From an uncultured delta proteobacterium (GTDB taxonomy: Bacteria > Myxococcota > Myxococcia > Myxococcales > Myxococcaceae): a DNA stretch of 64,000 nucleotides. The notes beneath the pieces were generated by a model that ran no database searches, was not told the DNA's origin, and saw only the letters and a program-made list of their open reading frames with translations. The stretch spans positions 397,837 to 461,836 of the forward strand of contig CAVYSY010000039.1 in assembly GCA_963771175.1 (NCBI GenBank). The letters are read 5' to 3'. The position numbers and the translations under genes are program-made. The number at the start of each line of letters is the position of its first letter. Position 1 is the stretch's first letter. Below, piece after piece: positions 35,141 through 45,117 of the stretch.

Positions 35141-37463
35141 ATGCAGGAACTGCGCGGCAAGGTGGCGGAGCTTCGCGGAGAACTGGAGTCCTTCAGCACG
35201 GGCGTGGTGGCCCGCCTGACGCCGATCCGGACCGAGCTCGAGACGCTGACGGGCAAGCTCGAGTCGGCCCTGGCCACCCTGCGCCCCGAGGTGGAGACGG
35301 TGGGCGGAGAGCTCTCGAAGAAGATTGATTCCCTGGATGCCGAGCTGGCGAAGATGGAGTCCTGAGTGAAGGCGCTGTGGACCAGGTTCGACAAGGCCGC
35401 GGAAGAGGTGCTCTCCCTGCGGCAGAAGCTCGAGTCCTCCGCGGGCCGAGTCCGCAGCAGCCTGGAGGCAATCGAGCCGACGGTCTCCTCGCGTTGCCAG
35501 GCCCTGGAAGGCCAGGTGAAGAGCAAGGAGCAGTCCTTCGTGCAGCAGCTCGACGGGCTGGGCAAGGAGGTCGGGCAGCGCCGCGAGTCGCTCGGCTCCG
35601 AGATGGCTTCCGCCATCAAGAAGCGCAAGGACGCCCTGCAGGCGAAGCACGAGGAGCGCGAGAAGCAGCGCCAGGATGAGTACGAGAAGCTCCGCGCTCA
35701 GGCCGAGCAGGAGGTGAAGGACACCGCGCAGCTCGAGGCGCGTCTGAAGCAGCTCGAGGACGAGTACGAGAAGCTCCGTGCTCAGGCCGAGCAGGAGCTC
35801 CAGAAGGCCACCGTGGAGCTCGAGGAGCGCGAGAAACAGCTTGAGCAGGAGCTCCAGAAGCTCCAGGCCAAGGCGGAGGAGCAGCTCCAGGGAGCGACCA
35901 CGAAACTCGCGGCCGTGACGACGATGGTGCTCGCCCCGATGACGCAGCTCCGCGAGACCATTGGTCACGAGACCGAGCGGCTGACCCAGACGCTCGACAC
36001 CGTGATCGCCGAGCCCTCCAACGCGCTGCAGAAAGTCCATGAAAGCGTCAAGTCATCGGGCGAGACCTCGAAAGCCGAGGTCCGGCGGCAGATCGGTCAG
36101 CTCCGCGCGGGGCTGGAGCCGGTCCGCTCCCAGGTGAAGAGCGCCACCGAGACGGCCACCCAGCTCCTGGAGACGCTGGAGAACACCGTCGGCACCACGC
36201 TCACGACCGGGCGCGACCAGCTCAACCGGACGCTCGATGCGACTCGAGCAGACCGTGGCCGGACAGGTGCAGCAACTGGCGGACGGCATCAAGGCCGTGG
36301 AGCAGCTCCTCGAGCAGGTGCAGCAGCAGATCGACACGGCCATTACCCAGGGAAGCGAGGCCCTCGATGCCCTGATGAAAACGGCGCTCACCACCTTCGA
36401 GTCCATCCAGGCCCCCGTGAAACAGACCCTCGACGCCGCCTTCTCGGTGCTCGACACCCTGATGGACACGCTCGCCCAGGTCGAGAAGCAGATTCAGGCG
36501 ATCTTCACCGCCCTGCCCGAGAAGCTCGAGCAGCTCCAGACGCTCTACAAGACGCTGGTGGGCACGCTGGAGTCCCTGCTGGCCAAGGCCGTGCAACTGC
36601 TGGAGGCCGTTCCCGCCTCGGATCTGCCCAAGCCACTGGTAGACCCGGCCATGCAGGCCATCAGCAAGGTGGTGAACCAGATCTCCACCCAGCTCGGCAC
36701 CATCACCAGCCAGGTGGGCGAGCAGCTCACCTCACTGCAGCAGCAGCTCATCACCCAGGTGGAGCAGATCCAGACGCAGGCCGTGGCGCAGGTGGATGCG
36801 CTGAAGGAACAGCTCGTCCAGCAGATCCAGACCCTGAAGGAGTCGGTGCAGACCAGCATCGACCAGGCCGTGGCGCAGGTGGAGCAGCTCATCGAGCAGG
36901 TGGCGGTGCAGATCGCGACCGCCCGCGACCAGGTGGTCAATCAGGTGGAGGCGCTCAAGGCGCAGGTGGCCGCGCGCGTGGATGCGCTCGAGGAGCAGGT
37001 GAAGCAGCAGCTCGAGGCGTTCCAGCAGACCCTCGACGGCGGGGCGAACGCCGCGACCGATCAGGTGACGCAGGTGGGCGAGACGATCAACCAGCAGGTG
37101 GCCTCCACCCAGGAGCAAATGAAGGCCGGGCTCGACACGGTCAGCACCACGGTGGACTCGGCGCTCGACGAGGCCAGCAAGGCCCGGGAGCGCATCGAGG
37201 CGGAGATCGCCCTGCGGGTGGATCAGGTGCTCGCCACCTTCGCGCAACAGGCCGAGGGGCTGATGGACGCGGCGGCGAAACAGGTCGACGCGTTGTCCGC
37301 TCAGGTGGACGTGGCCCGGGAACAACTGCTCGCGCCGCTGGACAAGATCGAGACGTCGATCCAGGAGTCCACCCTCTTCTCCCAGCCGGTGGAGCAGGCT
37401 CGCACCTGGCTGGGGACGCTGTTCGACGGGCTCGACGCCCAGGTGCGCTCGCTGGCCGCCTGA
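35141..37463 (+). CDS. Long helical-repeat (coiled-coil/apolipoprotein-like) protein; in-frame TGA at 35363 and frameshift near 36240
   Basis: ORFs 35141..35365, 35366 onward and 36237..37463 join into a Q/E/L/A-rich helical protein with ~28-aa and 11-aa repeats. Confidence 0.65.
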
Positions 37464-37464
37464 C

Positions 37465-37977
37465 TCAGGCGCCGAACTTCGGCGGCTCCGGCATCTTCTC
37501 CGGCGGCTTGGGCATCTCCGGAGCCCCCTTGGGGGCTTCCGGCGCCGCGGGCATCTCCGAGGGGATGGCCGGCGGAACCGAGTCGCTCAGGATGCGGCTC
37601 ACGGTCAGCTCGACGTCCACCGCACTGGGCGAGGGCGGGCTGAGCAGCATCTGCCAGTTGCCGTCCGGAGCGGTGAAGAGGAAGGAGACGGCCACCGAGC
37701 CCTCCTTCGGCGCCTTCACCTGGAAGCGCTGGATGGTGCCCGGGTAGATGACCGCCGTATGCAGCACGGTCTTGTCCGGGGCGCCGACCTTGGCGGCCAC
37801 CTCGAAGTACGCCTCGTTGGCGTACTGCTTGGGGTCCACCTCGCGAACGAGCATGTACATGGGCCGGCCCAGGTTGGTCCCGGGCGGGGACTTGATGTTG
37901 AGGCTGATGGTGCTCGGCGCACAAGCACCGAGCAGCAACGCGGACAGGGTCGTCAACCGATACATGCGTGCGCTCAT
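37465..37977 (-). CDS. T6SS outer-membrane lipoprotein (TssJ/IglE-like)
   Basis: Lipobox LGAC, ATGA overlap with tssM, N..RP..M motif, NWQMLL and a Pro-rich tail. Confidence 0.72.
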   Translation of the reverse strand: MSARMYRLTTLSALLLGACAPSTISLNIKSPPGTNLGRPMYMLVREVDPKQYANEAYFEVAAKVGAPDKTVLHTAVIYPGTIQRFQVKAPKEGSVAVSFLFTAPDGNWQMLLSPPSPSAVDVELTVSRILSDSVPPAIPSEMPAAPEAPKGAPEMPKPPEKMPEPPKFGA

Positions 37978-40900
37978 CGCGGCACCTCCCGGAAGGGAAC
38001 CCAGGGATCTCCCTTGAGTCCGAAGCTGATCTCCACCCCGCGCTTGCTCACGCCGTTGCCCTGCAGGGCGAGACTCCACTGCCGGCGCTGATCGGAGGTG
38101 AGGGTGGCCTCCTCGAAGAGACGGAAGCAGCTCCAGGCCGAGCGATTCCACGGCAACGACAGGTACTGGGGCACGTCGCGCGCGGGCGAGCGCAGCTCCA
38201 GCACGATGGAGGACACCTGCTGATCCCACCAGCTCAGGGGGAACTCCTGCCAGGTGGGACTCTGGTTGAAGCCGTACGCGGTCGTCTTGCCGCACTTGAG
38301 GGAGGACATGGTGACGAAGACGCCCGTCATCGGCGGCGGAGGCAGGGGCTGAGGCTGCACCTTCAGCATGAGCGGCCGGGGCCGGCCCTCGTCATCCCAC
38401 AGCAGCTTCGCCAGGCGCGCCAGCCGGCTGAGGGTGAGCAGCATCTCGTCCGGCAACACCAGCTTGTCGCGCAGCGGTCCGCGCAGCGACCACTGCGTGC
38501 CCCGCTCCACGAACACGCGGGAGAACATCTGGTTCACGAAGATCGAGAAGGCCCCGTCCTTGCGGCGCAGCACCTCCAGCTCGCCCGGATCCACGTCCTC
38601 CTGCGACTCGGGGTTGAAGGGATAGCGCTCCATCATGGGCTTGAGCATGCGCCCCGAGGCCTCTTCCCACTGCCGCGCCAGGGTGCTCTCCAGCTCCTGC
38701 TTGCCCAGGCGCTGCACCTGGAGGAAGGGCTCGAGGAAGGGCCGCCGCAGCTCGCCGGTGATGCCCTGCTGGTCCAACCACTCCTGGGCCTTGCGCAGGT
38801 AGGAGCCCTCCTCCTCGAGGAGCATGGACAGGGCCACCTTCTCCAGCGGCGTGATCATGTCCGCCAACTCCGCGGTGCCATCGTCGGCCTGGGCCTGCGC
38901 CCCCTCCTCCGCGTCCGCCGCCTTGTCCTTCTCCTTGGCCGCGGCCTCGTCCTTGCCGGCCTTGTCATCGCCGGGCTTGCCCTGACCGGGCTTGGACACG
39001 GCGTCCAGCTCGTCATGCATCTGCGCCACCAGCGCGTGGTACGGGGCGAGCGCGGCGTAGTAGCCGTTCTTGTCCGCCGTCATGAGCTGGATGAGGGGCC
39101 GGAAGGGCGCCACGGCGTTGCGCAGCGGCTCGTAGTAGGGCCCCTCCAGCGGCTCGAGGCTGGCCCGGTCGGCCACGTCGCGCAGCATGTCCACCTGCTC
39201 CGAGGACGGCTGGGTGAGCCGGGCCAGCTCGTCGAGCAGCAGCCTGCGCGGCGCGGTGAAGCGGTAGCCGCGGACGGAGTGGAAGAGGCCCTCGCGGTAG
39301 CCCTGGGAGAACGAGCTCACGCGCTTCTGGATGTACGCCTCGCGCTTGGCGGCCACCTCCATCGGAAGCTGGGCGTTCTTCAGGCGCTGGGTGAAGTCAT
39401 CCACCAGCGGCTTGAGGTCGGCATCGAAGGGTGTCCGGCTCAGCACCATCTGCCCGTCGTGGATGGCGGCCTGAGCACCGACGGTCATCAGGCCGCTCTT
39501 CTCGTAGCTCTTGAGCAGGTTCTGCAGCAGCTCGCGCGAGAGCTGGGGCGGGTGGAACTCGAAGCGCTGCTGCAGCATTTCGATGCTGTACGGGCCATTG
39601 CTGTTGCCCGTCAGCCAGAGGCCCTCGCGGGTGAGCAGCTCGGAGGGGGTCATCTTCTCCACCGCCAGGAAGCCCGCGTAGGCATCCTCCTCCATGCGCA
39701 GCACCGCGGCGAGCGTGTCCCGGTTCGCCCTCAACCACTCGAGCAACTCGACGGTGGTCTCGATGCCCTGGAAGTGGCGCGTGTTGACCTGCACCTCCGA
39801 GGCGTCGAACAGGCTGAGCACGGTGGGCAGAGAGGCGTAGACATCCAGGTCGGCGAGCTGCGCCTGCAGCCGCTCGCGTTCCTCCCGGCGATGATCGAGC
39901 TGCGCCAGCAGCCTCTTGAGATCCTCCCAGCGCAGGTCGCGCTGAGCCAGCGCCTTGGGCTCATCATCCAGGGTCTTCCGCAGGAACAGCAGGTGATCCA
40001 CCCACGGCTTGAGCTGGCCCTCGAACGTCAGCCGCTCCACGTAGGGCCAGCAGGACCAGTCCTCGTCCGCGTTGTTGGAGAGCTGCACGGCCCCGCGGCG
40101 GCAGGGCGGAGTGCGCTCCCAGGGCACGTCGCTGGCGAGGACGTAGGTGGCCACCAGCGGCTCGCGCAGCTCGAGCGCGGAGATCCACGTACGGCTCTTC
40201 TCGATGTTGGAGGTGGCCGACATCCCGCCCTCCCCGGCCTGGGCGTCACGCCCACGCCGCGAGTGCAGGGGCTGAACGGTGGAGCTCACGAAGGTGCCGA
40301 GGCCGTCTCCATTCGAGGCATGGAGGGTGGCCAGCAGATAGACCACCTGCTCGGGGCGGCAGTCCTGGGGCTGCTTGCGGCAGTGCTCGAGGGCGGGGCG
40401 GAGGTGGCTCTCCCGGATGCCACGGGCCAGCCGCTGACGCAGATCCAACGTCTCGTCGGGGAAGCTGGAGCTCAGTGGCGGCCACCAGCGCTCGGCCCGC
40501 TTGAGCGTGAGGAGATCGTCGGCCGCCGCGTTCACCCGCTGTTCGACGACCTCTCCCCTCCCCTCCAGGCCCTGCTCGCGCAGCTCCGCGACCGTGTCCT
40601 CGAAGCGCTGGAGCTGCTCCTGCGCATCCCCCAGCAACGAGTAGAAATTGGCGTACGCGAGCACCACCGGCAGGCAGCCCGCCACGGCGATCAGCACGGC
40701 CCGCTGCAGGTGCGTGCGCAGGTAGCGCTGGCGCAGCGACTGGGTGGAGCTCTCCTCGGCCACCACGGAGAGCGTGTCGCTGGCGCGCGCCTCGGGCGTG
40801 AGAGAGGAGAAGAAGACCCGGGTGATCCGGGGCTTGTAGGAGAGGGTGTCGCCCTCCAGCAGCGCCGAGACGAAGCGGCCGAGCGCCGAGAAGGAGCGCC

Positions 40901-41867
40901 CGCCCTGCGAGTAGAAGTGCTCCAGGCGCTCGAAGTCGTCCACCGGGAGCGAGGTGAGGCCCAGGGCCAGGTACTGCTCCTGCCCCGCCAGCAGCGAGGC
41001 CAGCTTGTCCTCCTCGCCCTGCTTGGGGATGTCGAAGGAGAGCGGCACGCCGTGCTTCTTCAGCAGCCGGGCGAAGTCCTCGAAGCCCTCCAACCCATCC
41101 ATGTGCGTCAGGCACAGGCGGGTCTCCACCGGGGAGCCGCGAGCCTCGGACATGAGGTTGAGCTTGCCGCGCAGGAGCTGGGCCATGCGCCGCTGATCAT
41201 CGGGCGGAGTGTCGGAGAGCCAGCGGACGTCCAGGACGATGACGGCCAGGCCCTTCTGCCGGTGGCTGAAGCACTTGCTCCACATCCGGCGCAGGGCACT
41301 GCGCGCAGGGAGCGACTCATCCTCCAGCAGCGGGGCGGACACCTCCTGCACCATGCAGTCGGGCCCCAGGTACACCTGAAGCAGGGAGTCCGCCGTGTAG
41401 CTGGGGAGGAACTGGCGGGCCTGGCGCTGCCAGTCCACGTCCAGGCCGATGAGCTGCGTCTTGCCGCTGCCAGCGGGCCCGAGCACCACCACGGTGGGTA
41501 GATCCACCACGGCGGCGCGGTTGGCCCAGGGCAATCCGGAGAGGAAGGCCTGGCGCACCTTCAGCAGCCGGTTGACGGCCATGGGAGGAGGACCGCTGGA
41601 GGCCGGAGCCCCGGCGCGCCGCTGGCGCCACCACGGCACGAGCCACTTCACCGTGGCGTACACGATGAAGACCACGAGGCCCAACGCCAGCAGCCACATC
41701 AGGTACGGGCTCACCGTGAGCCAGATCTTCTGGAGCGTCGTCGCGCTCGCGTTGGCCGACTGCGCCCCGGTGTTGAGCGCCTGCGTGCCCGCGGCCAGCG
41801 CCTTGGTCGGATCTCCCCCGGCCGGCGCCTGCGACACCACCATGTTCAGCAGATGCGACTGCACCAC
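37974..41867 (-). CDS. tssM: T6SS membrane complex TssM/IcmF (PdpB-like)
   Basis: 1297 aa with an N-terminal TM, Walker A GPAGSGKT, LTHMDGLEGF.DF, a second TM, RYPF and a C-terminal WSCFRLF. Confidence 0.85.
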   Translation of the reverse strand: MVQSHLLNMVVSQAPAGGDPTKALAAGTQALNTGAQSANASATTLQKIWLTVSPYLMWLLALGLVVFIVYATVKWLVPWWRQRRAGAPASSGPPPMAVNRLLKVRQAFLSGLPWANRAAVVDLPTVVVLGPAGSGKTQLIGLDVDWQRQARQFLPSYTADSLLQVYLGPDCMVQEVSAPLLEDESLPARSALRRMWSKCFSHRQKGLAVIVLDVRWLSDTPPDDQRRMAQLLRGKLNLMSEARGSPVETRLCLTHMDGLEGFEDFARLLKKHGVPLSFDIPKQGEEDKLASLLAGQEQYLALGLTSLPVDDFERLEHFYSQGGRSFSALGRFVSALLEGDTLSYKPRITRVFFSSLTPEARASDTLSVVAEESSTQSLRQRYLRTHLQRAVLIAVAGCLPVVLAYANFYSLLGDAQEQLQRFEDTVAELREQGLEGRGEVVEQRVNAAADDLLTLKRAERWWPPLSSSFPDETLDLRQRLARGIRESHLRPALEHCRKQPQDCRPEQVVYLLATLHASNGDGLGTFVSSTVQPLHSRRGRDAQAGEGGMSATSNIEKSRTWISALELREPLVATYVLASDVPWERTPPCRRGAVQLSNNADEDWSCWPYVERLTFEGQLKPWVDHLLFLRKTLDDEPKALAQRDLRWEDLKRLLAQLDHRREERERLQAQLADLDVYASLPTVLSLFDASEVQVNTRHFQGIETTVELLEWLRANRDTLAAVLRMEEDAYAGFLAVEKMTPSELLTREGLWLTGNSNGPYSIEMLQQRFEFHPPQLSRELLQNLLKSYEKSGLMTVGAQAAIHDGQMVLSRTPFDADLKPLVDDFTQRLKNAQLPMEVAAKREAYIQKRVSSFSQGYREGLFHSVRGYRFTAPRRLLLDELARLTQPSSEQVDMLRDVADRASLEPLEGPYYEPLRNAVAPFRPLIQLMTADKNGYYAALAPYHALVAQMHDELDAVSKPGQGKPGDDKAGKDEAAAKEKDKAADAEEGAQAQADDGTAELADMITPLEKVALSMLLEEEGSYLRKAQEWLDQQGITGELRRPFLEPFLQVQRLGKQELESTLARQWEEASGRMLKPMMERYPFNPESQEDVDPGELEVLRRKDGAFSIFVNQMFSRVFVERGTQWSLRGPLRDKLVLPDEMLLTLSRLARLAKLLWDDEGRPRPLMLKVQPQPLPPPPMTGVFVTMSSLKCGKTTAYGFNQSPTWQEFPLSWWDQQVSSIVLELRSPARDVPQYLSLPWNRSAWSCFRLFEEATLTSDQRRQWSLALQGNGVSKRGVEISFGLKGDPWVPFREVPR

Positions 41868-41870
41868 GGC

Positions 41871-42182
41871 TCAACCCCCCCCGCGGGCGGCGCTCTTCCC
41901 GGAGCGGCCAGAGCGCGCGGCCAACTGGAGTGCCTCCAGCACGTCTTCCAGCCCGTCCAGGGACTGCAGCAGTTCCTCGTGTCGGGCCTCATGTTCCTTG
42001 GGCGCCAGGCGCGTGCCCCCCGCCTCCGGGAAGAGCGCCGCCACCCCCGAGCGAACCTCGCCCAGCAGGGGCTCCACGCCCGCGCTCAGCGCGCCCAACT
42101 CTGAGTGGATGGCCTTCTGCAGGCGCTCCAGTTGCGTCCGGGGCCCCTGGGGCTCCTTCATCTTCTGCGCCTCGTCCTTCAT
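41871..42182 (-). CDS. Small helical hypothetical protein within the T6SS operon
   Basis: ATGA-coupled to dotU and ends 3 bp before the tssM start. Confidence 0.65.
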   Translation of the reverse strand: MKDEAQKMKEPQGPRTQLERLQKAIHSELGALSAGVEPLLGEVRSGVAALFPEAGGTRLAPKEHEARHEELLQSLDGLEDVLEALQLAARSGRSGKSAARGGG

Positions 42183-42817
42183 CGCGAAAGCCACCACAGT
42201 AGCACTGGTACGGCCACCACCACGAATCCGGACGCCGCGTAGTAACGCAGGGGGAAGGCGTGGACGAGCGGGGCCTGGGCAGCGGCGGGCGGCGGAGCGG
42301 GCATCGACTCCGGCGTGGGGATGCGAGCAGCGAGGCGCTCCTTGTACTCGCGCAGCCGGGCCGTGTTGCCCGCGTAGCGGCCCTCGAAGCCGGCGGTGAG
42401 GCAGAAGTGCAGCAGCTCGAAGACGAGCGGCGAGGCGCCCTTCTGCACCATCTTCTCGTCGGCCAGCTCGTAGAAGCGATCTCCGCCCGAGTCGATGCCG
42501 AACAGCTTGTACTGCAGCAGCGGCCAGTCCGACTGCTCCACCTCGGCGAGCCGGCGCAGCACCATCTCGTCCACGAGGTAGACGAAGGGGCGCAGCGCCT
42601 CGTCGATCTCCTCTTCGCGGTAGGCCCCGCCCAGGGCCTTCTGGAGATCAGCCACCTCGGCCAGGAGCTGCTGCTGGAGCAGGGCCAGGCCCTGGGTGCC
42701 CACCCGGATGCGCGTGCGCTCCTCGCCCGAGCCGGGCTCGGCGGGCAGCGACTGGTCCAGCAACGAGCGCACCTGCCGGTGCGACCGGAGGATGCTCTGC
42801 CAATGCTCGAGTTTCAT
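42179..42817 (-). CDS. tssL: T6SS DotU/TssL
   Basis: LVDEMVL, WPLLQYKLF..DSGGDRFYE, CLTAGFEGRY and a C-terminal TM. Confidence 0.88.
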   Translation of the reverse strand: MKLEHWQSILRSHRQVRSLLDQSLPAEPGSGEERTRIRVGTQGLALLQQQLLAEVADLQKALGGAYREEEIDEALRPFVYLVDEMVLRRLAEVEQSDWPLLQYKLFGIDSGGDRFYELADEKMVQKGASPLVFELLHFCLTAGFEGRYAGNTARLREYKERLAARIPTPESMPAPPPAAAQAPLVHAFPLRYYAASGFVVVAVPVLLWWLSR

Positions 42818-44464
42818 GAGGGTACCTTCAACGGGAAGGAGCCAGCCCCAGCGACGGAAGGCCGCAGCACCACCGAGGCGTCGCCATTCCACGCCTCCAG
42901 GAGCTGATGCACCTGCTCCAGGAAACAAGCCACGAGAGGTTCGGCGCCAGAGTCGAAGGGCTCCAGCATCAGCTCGTAGACGTGCAGCAGGCCGGAGCCG
43001 CGCAGCGCACCATCCGGGGCCACGGTGGCCTTGAGCTCCCGCAACCAGGGGATGACGCGGCGGAAGGGCTCCTCGGCGGGAGTGCCGAGGTAGTTGAGCA
43101 ACGCGGCCAGCTCGTTGCGATCGAGCGTGGACTTGACCTTCCAGGCCAGCAGTCGGGTCAGCCCCGCCACGTCGTTGCGCAGCGCGCTCTCTCGGTGCGG
43201 CTCGAGCCGGCCCACGAGCTGCCAGCCCAGACCCTCCACGTGCCGACCCGGGGTGGAGACGCTCACCCGGCCAATGGCCTCGGAGACGAACTGCGGCTGG
43301 TACCAGAGGGCCTCCACGAGCAGCTTCTGCGGCTCGGTGAAGGCCTCGGGCATGCGCACCAGCAGGCTGTGGCGCGTGCGCATCTCCTCGTCGAGCGTCT
43401 CGTCCAGCTCGTAGCTGGGCCCCTCGCCCGGGAGGAAGGCCGGACGCATGGGCGTGCGCCCCGACTTGGCCAGCACGTACACGCCGGTGACCGAGTGGAG
43501 CTGCAGATCGCGCCCGGCGGTCATGCCGCGAATGGGGTACTCGGAGCGGGTGCCGTCGGCGAGGATGGGCTGGGCGGGCTCGGCCTTGAGGTTCTCCACC
43601 GGCACGACGAAGGGGTGGAGGATGTCCGGGTGGCTGCGAGCGGCCCACCGACCAGGACTTGTCCAGGTCGAGGCACAGGCTGAAGCGGGTCCACTCCTTG
43701 CGGTTCGAGGGCACCGACAGGTGGAGGAAGAGCCCCTGCTCGGGCATCTGGAAGAAGGCGCGCACGCGCTGCAGCGGGTGCTCGTAGTCGCTCGCGTCAT
43801 CCAGCTCGGCGGGAGCGTTGCCGAAGGAGAACTCGCACGGAGTGCACTGTGAGTTCTCGTCGGCCCGCGCGTCGTACACCACGCCCACCTGCAGGAGCTG
43901 GTTGCGCAGCGCGTGGAAGACGGCCAGCGAGGGACGGTACTCGTCCAGGTGGCGCACGAGCAGGCTGAACAGGCCCACCGGATCCCGGCGGGGGAAGGCG
44001 GACTCGAAGCGGAGGATGAGCCGCCAGCGCCCATCCGGCAGGCGCACCACGTCCGTGCCCGCCATGGAGATGGGGAGGATGCGCAGGTGACGCCGGGTGC
44101 GGAAGGCGCCGGCCACTCCATGCACGGGGGAGAGCCGCAGCTCGGTGCCTCGGGGAAGCACCACGCTCTCGGTCATCTTCTCCGCGGGCAGCGCCTGCAC
44201 CAGCGCCACCGCGGGCAGCGGCTGCAGCAGGAAGTCGAAGAAGGAGGAGAACAGGCGCAGCCAGGTGGAGCGCAGGTTGTGCTGCGTGGCCAGGCGCGTC
44301 TGCACCGAGAAGAAGGCCATGGACTCGATGAGGCGCCGCACGTGCGGGTCCTCCCGGTCCAGCGGAACGGTGGGGTGCGAGTTGAGGAAACGCTGCCGGA
44401 AGCGCTCGAGCGCATCCAGCTCATTCAGGTAGTCCAGGTAGATCCGCTCCGACGAATCGCTCAC
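42814..44464 (-). CDS. tssF: T6SS baseplate TssF (IglH-like; frameshift near 43640)
   Basis: YLNELDAL...DPHVRRLIESMAF...LQPLPA...FRT...FFQMPE. Confidence 0.85.
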
Positions 44465-44471
44465 CGCGCCC

Positions 44472-45074
44472 TCACCCCAGCTTCACGAGCGAACCACCGA
44501 CGGTGGTCATCGAGCCCTTGAGGTCCGCCATGCCCGAGGACTCGAGGCCGAGCTTGGCCTGGGCCGCGACCTTGATCATGGGGGCGGCGAGTTCCGCCTG
44601 GGCCTGGCCAGCCATCTTCAGGTTGACACCCTCCACCTTGTTGTCCCCACCCGAGGCCACCAGGCTCGTCTGCATGCCCTTCATGTCGAGCTTGGAGGTC
44701 GCCTCGATGGCCACGTTGGCGTTCGAGGACAGCTTGGCGTCCTGAGTGGCGCTCTGGGTGAGCTTGGCGCTGGAGGTGAAGGTCATGTCCTTGGTGCTCT
44801 CGAGCTTGAGGATGTCCTGACTGGTCCAGCTCGAGGCCTTCGCCGATTTGAGGGTGAGCGTCCCGGTGGCGTCCACGGTGAAATCCTTGCACGTGACCGT
44901 GACGCTGTCCTGCTTCTGGACGTAGGTGCTCGTCTCCTCGGGCCCCTTCACCGTGATGGTGATGGACGTGCCGTCCATGACCACCGTCTGGGTGATCTGG
45001 TCGTCGGCGTTCTCCACCTTGACGGTGACGCCCTTCTCCTTGTCCAGCTCAACGGTGCAGACGAGCTTGCCCAT
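44472..45074 (-). CDS. Stand-alone short VgrG needle (gp5-like beta-repeat)
   Basis: 200 aa of Thr/Ser/Lys-rich short beta repeats ending LKGSMTTVGGSLVKLG. Directly follows the hub gene. Confidence 0.72.
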   Translation of the reverse strand: MGKLVCTVELDKEKGVTVKVENADDQITQTVVMDGTSITITVKGPEETSTYVQKQDSVTVTCKDFTVDATGTLTLKSAKASSWTSQDILKLESTKDMTFTSSAKLTQSATQDAKLSSNANVAIEATSKLDMKGMQTSLVASGGDNKVEGVNLKMAGQAQAELAAPMIKVAAQAKLGLESSGMADLKGSMTTVGGSLVKLG

Positions 45075-45117
45075 GGTTCCTCGCCTCCTCGGTAGTGGAG
45101 CCGACGGCCCCCTCGCT

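Noticed and set aside
37968..41501. 1177-aa plus-strand ORF and other long antisense ORFs (e.g. 5412..7454, 13305..14660)
   Set aside because: These are shadow frames opposite well-supported genes, expected in high-GC3 DNA, and carry no motifs.
42179..44464. Apparent TssF-DotU fusion (761-aa ORF)
   Set aside because: A frameshift near 43640 explains it. TssF ends at 42814 and dotU starts with an ATGA overlap at 42817.
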